64,000 bases of DNA from Felis catus (taxonomy: Eukaryota), in the NCBI RefSeq assembly GCF_018350175.1, contig NC_058369.1:10788001-10852000 (forward strand), read 5' to 3'. This document shows positions 38,060 through 49,878 of this stretch, piece by piece. Within the stretch, counting starts at the first letter, position 1; every line of letters starts with the position of its first letter. Made by a program: the position numbers and the translations under genes. The notes under the pieces were generated by a model. It made no database searches. It saw nothing but the letters and a program-made list of their open reading frames with translations, and had not been told where the DNA came from.

Positions 38060-38588
38060 TATTTTTTCTTTTTTTTAATATATGAAATTTATTGTCAAAA
38101 TGGTTTCCATGCAACACCCAGTGCTCATCCCAACAAGTGCCCTCCTCCCTGCCCATCACCCACTTTCCCATCTCCCCCACCCCCCACCTACCCTCGGTTT
38201 GTTCTCAGGCCTCAAGAGTCTCTTATGGTTTGCCTCCCTCCCTCTCTCTTTTCCCCTTCCCCTCCACATGCTCTTCTCTTAAGTTTCTCAAGATCCAACT
38301 ATGAGTGAAAACATACGGTATCTGTCTTTCTCTGCCTCACTTCTTTCACTTAGCATTACACTCTCTAGTTCCATCACGTTGCTGCAAATGGCAGGATTTC
38401 ATTCTTCCTCATTGCCAAGTAGGATTGCGTTGTGTATATAAACCACAACTTCTTGACCCTTTCGTCAGTTGATGGACATTTGGGCTCTTTACATAATTTG
38501 GCTGTTGCTGAAAGCACTGCTCAAAACATTGGGGTGCACGTGCCCCTGTGCATCAGCACTCCTGTGTCCTTGGGTAGATTCCTAGCAG
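38060..38588 (-). mobile_element. L1 3' end (L1_Fc-like), 5'-truncated
   Basis: TTTAATATATGAAATTTATTGTCAAA...CAACACCCAGTGCTCATCCC...GATGGACATTTGGGCTC. Confidence 0.92.
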
Positions 38589-38614
38589 CTCTGTTGATAA
38601 GAACAGTAGACACT

Positions 38615-38875
38615 GGGTCGCCTCGTGGGCTCAGTGGGTTCATCTTCCGTGTCTTGATTGCGGCTTAGGACATGACCGCATGGCCATGGAACTGAGCCCC
38701 CAGATTGCTTCTGCACTGAGCATGTAGACTGCTTGGGATTCTCTCTCTCCCTCTTTCTCTGACTCTCTCTCTTAAAATAAATAAATAAACATTAAAAAAG
38801 CTTCTCTCTGTCCCTCTCCCCTCCCTTCCTCTCCCCCACTCATGCTCTCTCTCTCCCTCTCTCTCAAAAACAAAA
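38615..38875 (+). mobile_element. CAN-SINE (older)
   Basis: GGGTCGCCTCGTGGGCTCAGTGG...GCTTGGGATTCTCTCTC...AAATAAATAAAC. Confidence 0.82.
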
Positions 38876-38914
38876 AAGAGATAGACAGGCAGACAGCACT
38901 AGAAATGCGACAGC

Positions 38915-39640
38915 TGGGTCCCTAGGACAGGCAATGCTTGGAAGACAAAGAGGACTAATCCCGGAGGGTTCCTTGGTCTTAGACTTGGAGGAAAGTGTGT
39001 CTCGGCCGAGATCAGGTGCCAGACGATTTACACATCAGGAAGGGAACAAGTTCAGGGAAAAGGGGAGGAAAAAAAGAACTGCATTCACTTGGTCTCTGAC
39101 CTAGTCTTTTGGGAACCGAGAGTCATTAGGAAAAAATACTTGTGTCCAGAGCAGTTTCCCACTTGGGAATATGAGATCAGAGGCTGGGGTACCAAGAGGG
39201 AAATGAGCCTAATGAGCAGATACGGGGAGCTGTAAACACTCTCTGGTCTCCTGTCAGCCTGTGCGAACTTGGATGGAAAGGGACAAGGTCTCCGTCTGTT
39301 CTTCCAGGCCCTAATTACGGCTGGGGCCCATGCTTTACTCCTTTCTGCTGTCTCAGCTGAGAACAGAGCTTTAGTCCCTACCATCTGCAGTCCAGGGAGG
39401 CATTCAGACTTGTCACAAGGAGACCTTGTCAGACACCCCAGCCAGGTGAGCCCAACGGCCCGATGCGCCGTGGATGACAGGGTCATAAGAATGGAAGCCA
39501 ACTTCATTAACCTGTCTTCGCCTGAGAGCCAATTCAACTTAGTGCAGGACAGGTGATCACTGTGTTCATTTGTTTGTTCGATTAAGTGATGTATTTATTC
39601 AGTGGCTGTGTCAATTTTACAGAGTGGATGCTCACACTTA
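38915..39640 (+). promoter_or_regulatory. Orphan module Y (own OR coding region absent)
   Basis: Inverted paralog of 25500-26200. CAG|GTGAGC donor at 39445/39446. Confidence 0.45.
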
Positions 39641-40074
39641 CGTTGATCTTCCATATTCTATTCCTTTAACTTACTATTAAGGCAATGGCAGTTTATTTTA
39701 CCACCTGGTGTCTCAGGAACCACACAAGTTTATTAGATAATTGCTCTGCCTCATCTGTTTCATTCACTGCCCCCCTCCCCCCGACTCTCTGCCTCGCTGT
39801 CTGTTGAACAGACTGTTTTATGTTTGTGTGAATCACAGCAGAAACTTACCATTCCAATATGGAGCCTCAAATTCATTTGTCCATGGGAGGCTTAAGAACT
39901 GGCATTTCTGGGAACCATTTCTATACTTTGCGGGGAAAAGATGGCTGATCTGGCCTCCTTGGGTTGTGTCCATTCCCAGCATAACTGGGATGGTGAGTCT
40001 GTGAAGACAGGGAAATGCACATCCCAGGAGGCCATGGTGTCTTGTGACTGGTGAAGGGTGAGCAGTCCTCAAAA

Positions 40075-40250
40075 AAGTTAGAGGGGGAGGGAGCCAAACC
40101 AGAAGAGACTCTTAAAAACAGAACAAATTGTGGGTTGATGGGGGGAGGGAGGAGGGCGAGGCTGAGTGATGGGTATTGAGCACTGTGGGGATGAGCACTG
40201 GGTGTTGTATGGAAACCAATTTGACAATGAATTTCATATTTAAAAAAAAG
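40075..40250 (+). mobile_element. Short L1 3' end (L1_Fc-like)
   Basis: GGAGGGAGCCAAACC...GATGAGCACTGGGTGTTGTATGGAAACCAATTTGACAATGAATTTCATATTTAAAAAAA. Confidence 0.88.
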
Positions 40251-41015
40251 GGGGGTCAGGACTCTGAAATCCCAAGATGATGCAATACAGGGGCCAGAAC
40301 TCAGTCAAGAGAAGGCACCACGAAGGGGATCTGTGGCAACTCGTGGGATGCCTTGAGACCATGATGTATACAGAGGGAGACGTAGCGTGGGCAAGGACGG
40401 CCCTGTGCCTTGAGATGACAGTTGTAGCAGAGAGGCCACTTCACTCCTCACATGTGTGAAAGCGTCTGTCATCAGTCTCCATCAGGCTCATTGCCCTTGT
40501 AGCACTGGCTTTGCTCTTTGCCTTGAACTTTTGAAACAATACTTTCCTTGGGGCCTTTGTACTGCCCCTTCCCTCTGCCAGGTAAAGGCTTCCCACATAA
40601 TCCTTTCTGTCTTATATGAGTTCTGTTTTCCAACGTCACCTCGTTTGCAGAATTTGCCTAAATACCCACTAAAATAGAATGCCCTATTTGCTCCCTCCTT
40701 TATTCCTGCTTTTCTTTTCTTCACAGCAGCCCTCACCATCTGAAAAGTTACAGAATTCTCTTGTTTGCTTATATACTTTTTCTCCATGTTTCTAGGGATT
40801 TTCGTTCTTCACCACACCATATACTCATTGCCTGAAACATGGTCAGCACTCAATTTATATTCTGAATACTTGAAGAATTTCTCAGTGAAATTATAAAATA
40901 CGTTGTTACTTACAGAAGAAGATTTTTGACAAAAAAAAACCCCTACATCAATGTGGCAGAAGGAATCCCTTAATGGGGGCCATATCTATACACAACATAT
41001 TTAAACGAGTATCTG

Positions 41016-41074
41016 GGGGCGCCTGGGTGGTTCAGGCTTAGAAGCGTCCAACTCTTGATTTTGGCTCAGGTCTC
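41016..41074 (+). mobile_element. CAN-SINE 5' fragment at a deletion junction
   Basis: GGGGCGCCTGGGTGGTTCAG...TTGATTTTGGCTCAGGTC joined to module X. Confidence 0.85.
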
Positions 41075-41760
41075 CACCGTAAGCTAACATTTTGGAGATC
41101 CAAGGGATCTAATCCAGACTGATTGGTTAGTCCTAGATTTTGGGGAAATGTTAAAATCAGGGTTGGGATTAGGTGCTGGGATATTTGAACTCTGGGAGGG
41201 ACAGAACTCACAAGGTAGGAGTAATGAACACAGGGGTCACGCAGTTATAACCTGGTCTATTGGGAACACAGAATCTCCAGGAAATCTTTCTTTGTGTCCA
41301 GACCAGTGTCCCCCAGGGAAATCATGTGCTGTAGGTTAGACAAGCAGGAGGGAAACATGTCTCATGAACAGACAAAGGAAACTATAAATGTCTCCTCTGT
41401 GCAGTCCCTCCCCCTGTGCCACCGGGGGCGATGGGACCTGATTGTTGTTTCTAGAGTCCGAAGCTTGGCTGGATGACTCATGCTAGCCTCCTTCCCACCA
41501 TCTTCCGCAGGGAGAGGGTTTAGTTGCCACCGATAACCATCCAGGAGGAATTCAGACAGCCACATGGACCCCTCTCCCTCAGAGCTCCCAGCCACGTGAT
41601 TCCAGGTGCCCAGCAGGTCCAGCAGGAAAGGGTCAGAGAGAATCAATGCCAGGTGCACTTACTTGAGGTCACCTCACAGCCACCAGCCTAGCCCAGAACT
41701 GGAGATCTCTATGGTCATGTGCTTGGCTGACCATGCCTTCCTGAAAAACCACAGTAGACA
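41075..41760 (+). promoter_or_regulatory. Candidate module X for OR-5, donor degenerate
   Basis: CCCCCAGGGA at 41310-41319. The donor position reads CAC|GTGATT (~41595). Confidence 0.45.
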
Positions 41761-42475
41761 AGGTCAGAGAAGGTCCTGTTCCTCTGGTACTTGCCTTATA
41801 TGGCAGAGTCATAGTAGAATGAATTAAGTGTGTGGTGTAAGAGCCTCAGGCAGAAATCTTATGAAGACGGTGATTCAGAGCCTAGACTGACTGTCACGGT
41901 GTGTGCAGAATTCTGTAGAGCAAGGTCTGAACAAACCTTTGGGTGTTGTGCAAACCGGAAACAGGACCAGAGTGTGCCCACTACCCTTGCCAAGAAAGAG
42001 GTCACAATGCAAAGGCCAGGAAAAACAAAAGATGCCACATCTGAAAAGTGAAAGGGACTTATCCACCTTCTCCAAGATCACAGGACATCCAATGGGTCAA
42101 AGAAATATGAACCAGACACAGAAAAAAAAACCAAGTCTCCTACTGCATCATTATAACCTGCCCAACTTTTGCTGTGCTTTGCATATTTCCTGTGCCAAAG
42201 GGTTGATTTATTCCCTTAGCACACTTTTCTCTTGGAGCATTCAGTCTGTAAGGCAATCCACATGCTGAACAACCCACTAATTTCGTCTTCTGACCACATT
42301 TAATTTTGCTCCTTATTATTTTTGCTGGGCATCAAGGAGGTAACAAGACTTGGAATGTTGTCAGACCTAGGGATGCTCTTTCTTCTTCACGGCCCCTCAG
42401 GTTTCAGTGACCATATGAACCATGAAATCTTTTGTGCCACTTCAATTTCATTTCACTCTCTTGCCTCTCTCTCTC

Positions 42476-42497
42476 TGTGTGTGTGTGTGTGTGTGTG

Positions 42498-42532
<35 letters not shown>
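42476..42532. repeat. (TG)n microsatellite, interrupted
   Basis: Direct reading. Confidence 0.95.
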
Positions 42533-42535
<3 letters not shown>

Positions 42536-42781
42536 CTCTGATTTTGAGCAGACAGTTTGTTTTTCTTTAAATGCAGGACAGAAAATAAGCATGCCAGTCT
42601 GACCTGTCAATTGTATTTGTCCATAAGAAGCTCCATCATTGGAATTCAGGTACCATTTTTACATCATTTGTGAGGAATGATAATGGATCTGGCCACATTG
42701 GTTTATAGCCACTCTGAGCTTAATTATTGGGGCTGGAGGTGAGAACTCATTGAAGAACACAGCTCAAGGAGTGATGATTTG

Positions 42782-42806
42782 GTGTGTGTGTGTGTGTGTG
42801 TGTGTG
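42782..42806. repeat. (TG)n microsatellite (paralogous to 33416-33438, 52264-52286, 12770-12803)
   Basis: Direct reading. Confidence 0.92.
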
Positions 42807-43746
42807 TCTTGTCTTGTGGAGGGAGATCCGTTTCCAGAGCAGGGGTGCCTTAGCTAATATATTCTAAGTTGACTCTAATAATACAGAAGCCAGCACTCAA
42901 TCAGCACAGGGTACTCAGGAGGGCTCCTTGTCAATTTACAGGAGGCTTTGCAGATAGATTCAAAAATATAAGCAGTATGTAGTGTGGGTGAGTGACTCCT
43001 TTCCCTCTAAGGGGAACCAGCAATGAGGCCACCCATTTCTTTGAAGTTGCCTGACACCATCTCTGATTTCTCTCCTGTTTACTCCTCTTCACACAACGCT
43101 TCCTATTTTGGACCCCAATAGCTCCAAGTAGTATGATCCTCAGGGTCTTAGCAGAGGCCATTCCCTCAGCCAGCACACACTTCCCCAGAAATGCTTGCAG
43201 ATCCTGCCCTCCTTTCCCTGAAGTCTCTGTTCAAATGTCACCTGTCACGGGTCTTGACCAAATACCAATTACACAACGACACTCGTATCCACGTTCTCCT
43301 TTATATCTACTTTTGTTCTCTTCATAGCACGTTGACACCCTCTAATGTCTTATTAGTATTTTTATTTGTTTCTATTCATTCTCCGTCATTGGATGATACT
43401 TGCGTTTGGTTTTTCAGTATCCCATACTCATTGCCTACACAATGCCTGGAATATGTTTGACAATCAGCACATATTCCTCCAATGCAGGAAAGATAGTCTT
43501 AGTAAAACAGTAAAATGCATGACCTCTGCTGGGGAGTGTGGAGCATGAGACCAAAACACCTAATCTGAGGTGAAACAGGAGGGAATCTCTTCAAAAAGAC
43601 AATCCTTTGGGGACAAAAGGGACAAGATACTGAAATGAACTTCTTGACTGCACAATATAAATGGTAGCATTTCAACTATGTGGGTAAACTGTTGATGTGA
43701 AAATTAATGATGTCCTTTGCCTCTTTCTGGGGGTCAGTGCAACCTC

Positions 43747-44679
43747 ATGGAACCAGGAAATATTACACGGATATCAAAATTTCTTCTCCTGGGATTTTCA
43801 GTGAGACCAGAACTGCAGCCCCTCATATTTGGACTTTTCCTCTCCATGTACCTGATCACTGTGTTTGGCAACCTGCTCATCATCCTGGCCGTCAGCTCTG
43901 ACTCCCGCCTCCACACCCCCATGTACTTCTTCCTGGCCAACCTGTCCTTTGTAGACATCTGCTTCACCTCCACCACAGTCCCGAAGATGCTGGTGAACAT
44001 CCAGACCCAGAGCAACATCATAACCCATGAGGACTGCATCACACAAATGAACTTCTTCATAATCTTTTCAGGGTTGGACATCTATCTCCTGGCTGTGATG
44101 GCCTATGACCGGTTTGTGGCCATCTGTCACCCCCTGCACTATAAGGTCATCATGAACCCCCGGCTCTGTGGGCTGCTGGTCCTGGTGTCCTGGATCACAA
44201 GTATCCTGCATTCCTTGTTACAAACTTCAATGGTGTTGCAGCTGTCCTTCTGTACAGAGGTAGAAATCCCCCACTTTTTCTGTGAACTCAATCAGTTGAT
44301 CCAACTTGCCTGTTCTGACACCTTTCTTAATAACTTGGTGATGTACCTTGCAGCTATGCTGCTGGCTGGAGGTCCCCTTGCTGGGATCCTTTACTCTTAT
44401 TCTAAGATAGTTTCCACCATAATTGGAATCTCATCAGCTCAGGGAAAGTATAAAGCGTTTTCCACCTGTGTATCTCATCTTTTAGTTGTATCTTTATTTT
44501 TTTGTACGAGCCTAGGTGTGTACCTCAGCTCTGCTGCCACCCAGAGCTCCCACTCAAGTGCCACAGCCTCGGTGATGTACACGGTGGTCACGCCCATGCT
44601 GAACCCCTTCATCTACAGCCTGAGGAACAAAGACCTAAAGGTGGTTCTTAAAAGAATCATTGGGATTTCATTGACGTGA
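43747..44679 (+). CDS. Olfactory receptor, family 7 (OR7A-like), intact, 310 aa (OR-5)
   Basis: All OR motifs. ATG at 43747 (MEPGNIT). Confidence 0.94.
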   Translation: MEPGNITRISKFLLLGFSVRPELQPLIFGLFLSMYLITVFGNLLIILAVSSDSRLHTPMYFFLANLSFVDICFTSTTVPKMLVNIQTQSNIITHEDCITQMNFFIIFSGLDIYLLAVMAYDRFVAICHPLHYKVIMNPRLCGLLVLVSWITSILHSLLQTSMVLQLSFCTEVEIPHFFCELNQLIQLACSDTFLNNLVMYLAAMLLAGGPLAGILYSYSKIVSTIIGISSAQGKYKAFSTCVSHLLVVSLFFCTSLGVYLSSAATQSSHSSATASVMYTVVTPMLNPFIYSLRNKDLKVVLKRIIGISLT

Positions 44680-47442
44680 GGGCCAATCATATTAGGGCTG
44701 AAGACGTGCCCATGATTGCAGGGCTCAAAGCTTCAAAGTCAGGGATTAGTTATTCTTTGATTAGACTGTGGAAGTGAAATCCGCTCCTTCTATTTATGTG
44801 CTGGAATTTCCATCTTTTTTTATGTCAACTTCTCTATACATTTAAGTAAATCACTTTATTAAGCTTCTGCTGTTTCTGATATACAGACCGTTTCCCCTTT
44901 GTCTATTTTCATATGTCACCAATGTTTTCCTCAACCTTGGATCATGAATGCCTGGAAATTCCTATATCTCACATGGGAGTAGTTGGATTTCTTAAAATTA
45001 ATTTCATTTCAAGTGACTTATACCATGCCGGGTAAATTTCCCCTCGATTTCCTGAGATCATTATCATGAATCATACTCTTCTTATGAAAGAAAGCTACAC
45101 TTGATCAGGAAGCCATTTCCATAATTGTATTGCCAAGGAGAATACAAAACCACAGTTTCCACCTTGAGTCTACCAGTCTTTTTCCTTCACTTCATTTAAT
45201 ACTCTTCCTGATGATGTGGAATCTAACATTGTTCCATTTAAACCTCGGGCTATTGACACCAATGCTTTGTCAGGAAAGCCCGAGCACTCACCTGCACCCG
45301 GGGTATTTTTGGACATTCCCACAGACCTTTCCTTGACCAGGCCTATGCTGTGACTGCACAGGTCCCTGGGTTCTTATTGTGATCACAAGACACACACCAG
45401 CAACACCTATCAGAGAACTCTAAAAACGGAAATGTATTATTCACATAAGCTGGAGGGCACAGGGATGCCCAAGGGCCATTTCTGGATGTCTCAGAGGGGG
45501 AGAGAGAGATGGAGAGGGAGACAGAGAGTGCTGCTGAAGGACCTGGGTCTAAAGAGATACTTTATGGCTGAGGGTAGCTGAGCCATATGTTCATTTAAAT
45601 AATAAACAATATGTTTATTTCGCATGGTTGTCTTTGAATTCGATGCCCCAGAAATCTAAAGCTCAATTTCACTTATGCTAAACATGCTATTGTGCTCTAT
45701 AACCGGTCTCCTGGTTTTATTCTGTTATTTAGTTCGGGGTCCAGAAAGCCTCCCATAGCCACTGGCAAACCTGATTAGCAAATATTCATCTCCCAGTGGA
45801 GTGTACTTAGAAAGACAAATTTGAATAAATAGATCAACCTGATGTTCTTAGTATCGGCATGACCATAAGTATGAGGAGGCAAAATTTCGAAACACTCATT
45901 TTGCTACACAAAAAACATTTCTCTCTTTTTTTTAATGTCCCAGTACACGCTACGCACCTCTTTATTAAAGCACGGAAGATGGTGGTGTTCACAACTGAGG
46001 GGGTTTATTCATTGAGGTGCAGGATTGCTGAGTGCCTTCTAGCTTTTATCAGTGAATTATCTTCCCATTTCTGCTAGAAAACTTCTCGTGCTAGCTGCTA
46101 ATATGACTCTTTCCGTTGTTACACAAAATAACTTCCTTTTCCTAATATTAGTCACAAATGCCGAGAGATGGTGAATGAACACTACCAGTATCATCCATTT
46201 CGTACCTCTTTCCTGCCCTGAAATCTCTTCCGCCTGCATGACCAGAGGATGCTTCACCCGAGAGCTGGATGTCCTGCTGGGGTGTGGCTCAGGGTCCCCA
46301 GTTCTTCTGCACAAACGTGCATGTCCTTCAAACTCTCCCTGTTACCCAGAAGGGAGCCCTCACGTGGTCACTTGTTCATCAAGTCATGGGAAATACACTT
46401 GAATCACTGAATGGTCATGAGTGCCCTCCTCAATTGTCAAATCATATGACACTAGTAAAAGGTAGAACGTGTTCAAATTAGTTCAGGTCGGTTGCTCGGA
46501 TGATTGTGTCAGTCAGCTCTTGCTGTATAACATTCTTTCCTTGTCACGTGGGATGTTAAAATGATGTGGGATCGCCGAGGACAAAGGTCACAAAAGAATC
46601 CTTGAGTTGTTTCACCGTGCAAAAAAATGTGCTCTCATAGCAAGGCGGCAGGACTCATGGCCAGAGAGCGCTGCACTGGGATTGTGGAAAGTGAGTGATT
46701 ATATACTTTTAAGTTCGTGGAGGGAGGGAAGGGTAGAGATAACATAAACGTCGAAGGAATTTCCGTATGCTGAAAGTGACCTTGGAGGTCTGGCTCCTGT
46801 CGAGAATAATGGTGCTTTTAGTCTCCAACAAAACATCAGCATCAGAGTAGCCGTGAGTTCCTGGAGAATGTCATTCCCTGCATTTCTTGGGGATTTATCA
46901 GTGAGCTACAGTTGTTGGGAATCTGACTTCGAGCAACATTTCTCATGCTTTTTGTTCTCTTCGTCAATAATACCTTTACAATCAAACGGCATTGTATCGG
47001 GAAACTTTTCTGACCTCTGCTGGGCTCCTCACGGGTCTGTGGTCAGGACTGAATCCCTACCTGGTATTTCTAGGGCCCATCCATGACGTTGTGTCTGTGG
47101 CTGTCATGCTGTTCTGTTTCAGCCGGATTCTTGGTCTTATTTCTACATTTCGATTTGTAGGATAGTCTTCTATTTACAAATTACGCACGCTTATGTGTAT
47201 TCTTTGAGTTGCATCTCACTGCGCCTACATCCGTACATAAACTTGCTTTCCTTCCGTTACAAGAGCTATCTCCACACCTGTAATGGAGAGTCAGCTAACT
47301 GTGCTCCAAATCCTCCTCTGAGCCCTGCTCCATAGATATGTCCCCAATTAAATCATTGAAGTATAATTATACACAATACACCGCGTATTGAAAGGGTACA
47401 ATTTGGTACGTTAAAGGAGCTACACAAGAATGTAGAGCACAT

Positions 47443-47650
47443 GGGGTGCCTGCGTGGCCCAGTCTCTTAAGCGTCTGACTCCAGCTCAGGTGCATGGGTT
47501 CGAGCCCCCCACCGGGCTCTGTGCTGACAGCTAGAGCCTGGAGCCTACTTCGGATCGTGTGTTTCCCTCTCTGTCAACCCTCCCCTGCTCATACTCTGTC
47601 TCTCTCTCTCTCCTCAAAAATAATTAAATGTTTAAAAATTTTACAAAAAA
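47443..47650 (+). mobile_element. CAN-SINE
   Basis: GGGGTGCCTGCGTGGCCCAGTC...GGTTCGAGCCCC...A-rich tail. Confidence 0.9.
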
Positions 47651-47881
47651 AGATAATGAAAAGCACATAGTGCAAGTTTCCATCTGTGTATAATTTAAGG
47701 GTCTACATAAGCTTTAATTGCTTTCTCAGGTAATTGTTAAAAATTCAAGCTCCCCGAGCCTCTCTTTCCTTATTTCTGTAGGCAGTGCGGACGCTAAACG
47801 TTAATTCCTATGAATCTTGTAAGGAAAAAAATTAAATGCATTTTTACTCAAAGAAAACATTCAAGTGTAATGGTTGTGTCT

Positions 47882-47903
47882 TGTGTGTGTGTGTGTGTGT
47901 GTG
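47882..47903. repeat. (TG)n microsatellite
   Basis: Direct reading. Confidence 0.9.
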
Positions 47904-48379
47904 TATACATTTTTCTTTCAAATAATCACACTCCCCATACATGTACACACACAGATGATTTATGATTTCATCTTTTATGTTGCAAGGAGACTTGAGAGAC
48001 AGTTGGACAGGAAAGCACTGAAAAGAATGAATGGTTGTAGCAACAAAAAATAAAGGGAAACTAAATAAAGAACATATGTAAAAGGAAGTGGTAATAGACA
48101 CAAAATTTTAATTTATCACATGTTACCATAATTCTGATCATGAGTTCCTTTCTTGTGTCACTGTCTCAAAGGATTCATGGTCAGACCACACTCACATTGA
48201 TGCCCCACAGAAATCACTGTATCAGGTAAAGGGGCAAAATGTTTCAAAATCTATTTCATTTTATTTCTATTAATGTGGTTTCTTTACGTGTCAATTGCCC
48301 TTACCCAAGGGAGGCTGATAAATGAATTGAGAGTCTTAAACTCAGTTCCCTCAAATCATTTTATTGACTCTGTCCCTAT

Positions 48380-48895
48380 GAGATTCTTACTGCTGCTGTA
48401 AAATGTCCCCATTTTAGCTGCTTAAAATGAACAAATACACACTCTTACAATTCTGGAGTCAGAAGCTTGGAAGGAGTCTCATCAGGTTAGCAGCAAGATG
48501 TCTTCAGGGTTGAGTTCCTACTGGAGGCTCAGGGGAGAATCTGTTTCCTTTCCATTTCCAGTCTCTGTCACTGGTCACCTGCAGTTCTTGGTTCATGGCT
48601 CTTCCTCCACCTTCAGAGCCAGCAGGGTAGGTTTTCAAAGTCTCTCTAGCACCAACTCTTTTGTCTCCCTCCTCAACATTTGAAGGACTGTCGTGATTGC
48701 CTTTGTCCCACCTGGACAATCACAGCTCTTTTCCTCTCAATGGCAGCTGATCAGCTGCTCTGATCAATCTGTTACCTTAATCCTTCTTTGCTATAAAAAT
48801 ACATGCTATAAAAATACATGCTAAAAAAAACATGTTGTAGATACTAGGGATTAGGATGTGAACATATTTGGGGGGGCCTTATTTTGCCCACTACA
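48380..48895 (-). mobile_element. MLT1 (MLT1D-like) solo LTR, paralog of 27573-28066
   Basis: TTCTGGAGTCAGAAG...CTGGAGGCTCAGGGGAGAAT...GGGATTAGGATGTGAACATATTTG...CACTACA. Confidence 0.82.
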
Positions 48896-49790
48896 AAGCC
48901 TTTTTCATAAGTGTATTATTTTGGTCACTTATAAAATCAATAAGCACAGAATTGACACAGCCTGAAGAAGGAGTGAATACACGATCCTTTCACAATTACA
49001 GGCACGCAAGGACAATATTTGGTGCAGAACCCTTAACACTACCTACACCTATCTCTAACACAGGATCATCTTCTTGCTAATCAAACAGTGGTCCACAGAC
49101 CCGGATCTGCACTTCAACATCACTCAGGAGCCTGGAGAAATGCAGAATCTCTGGGCCACCCAGGACGTGAGATAAGGTTTTGCATTTGTAGTGGGATCCG
49201 TGTGGATTCACGGGCACAGTGAAGTTGGAGACATGCTGGTCTAGCTGGATTTCTCACCGTTTATGGTGGACATTTGTGGCAGGATAACAGTATTTTGGGG
49301 GTGCTTTCCTGGGGATTGTAGGTATTTGGCAGCTTCCCTTCAGACTTTGACTGACGTCCCAGGGGAAAATTCATTTCTGGCTGAGAACCACGACCCCAAG
49401 TTTGAGAACCGGAAGCATCCTGACAGAATCAATCTCAAGGGACACCACATACTCAGATATTAAATTTGGACAGATGACTAGACATCACCAAGCACCATTT
49501 ATACAATGTAGAATGGAGTTCATAAATGTACTTCCTTGGGGATAAGATGTTTATAAAGATCGAATCAAAACTCCCTATGAGATGTTAAGCTCACATTGTA
49601 GTACACAAAAGGATCTAAATACATCTTGTTCTACTTAACAAGCATTTTGTAACAGTGAACCAAATGGCAGCTTTTAACTTGTGATAAAGTAGGTGATGGC
49701 AAAAGTGTCTTGACGCCAATGTGGTTAGTGCCCAAGGTTTATTATCAGAAGAAGTCAATTTTCCACCTTATTAAAAAGAAGAATAGATAC

Positions 49791-49878
49791 TGGGTTGCCT
49801 GGGTGGCTCCAATGGTTGAGATTATGTTGTGAGCCAAAATCAAGTCAGGTGTTTAACAGACTGAGCCACCCAGGAGAC
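49791..49878. mobile_element. Fused heads of two oppositely oriented CAN-SINEs
   Basis: GGGTTGCCTGGGTGGCTCC...TGAG|ATT...CAGACTGAGCCACCCAGG. Confidence 0.8.

Larger units (their letters stand above)
41075..47730 (+). repeat. Tandem paralogous unit (X module - OR-5 - 3' flank)
   Basis: Colinear with the OR-4 unit. 44700-47730 resembles the OR-1 flank at 2400-5220. Confidence 0.85.
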
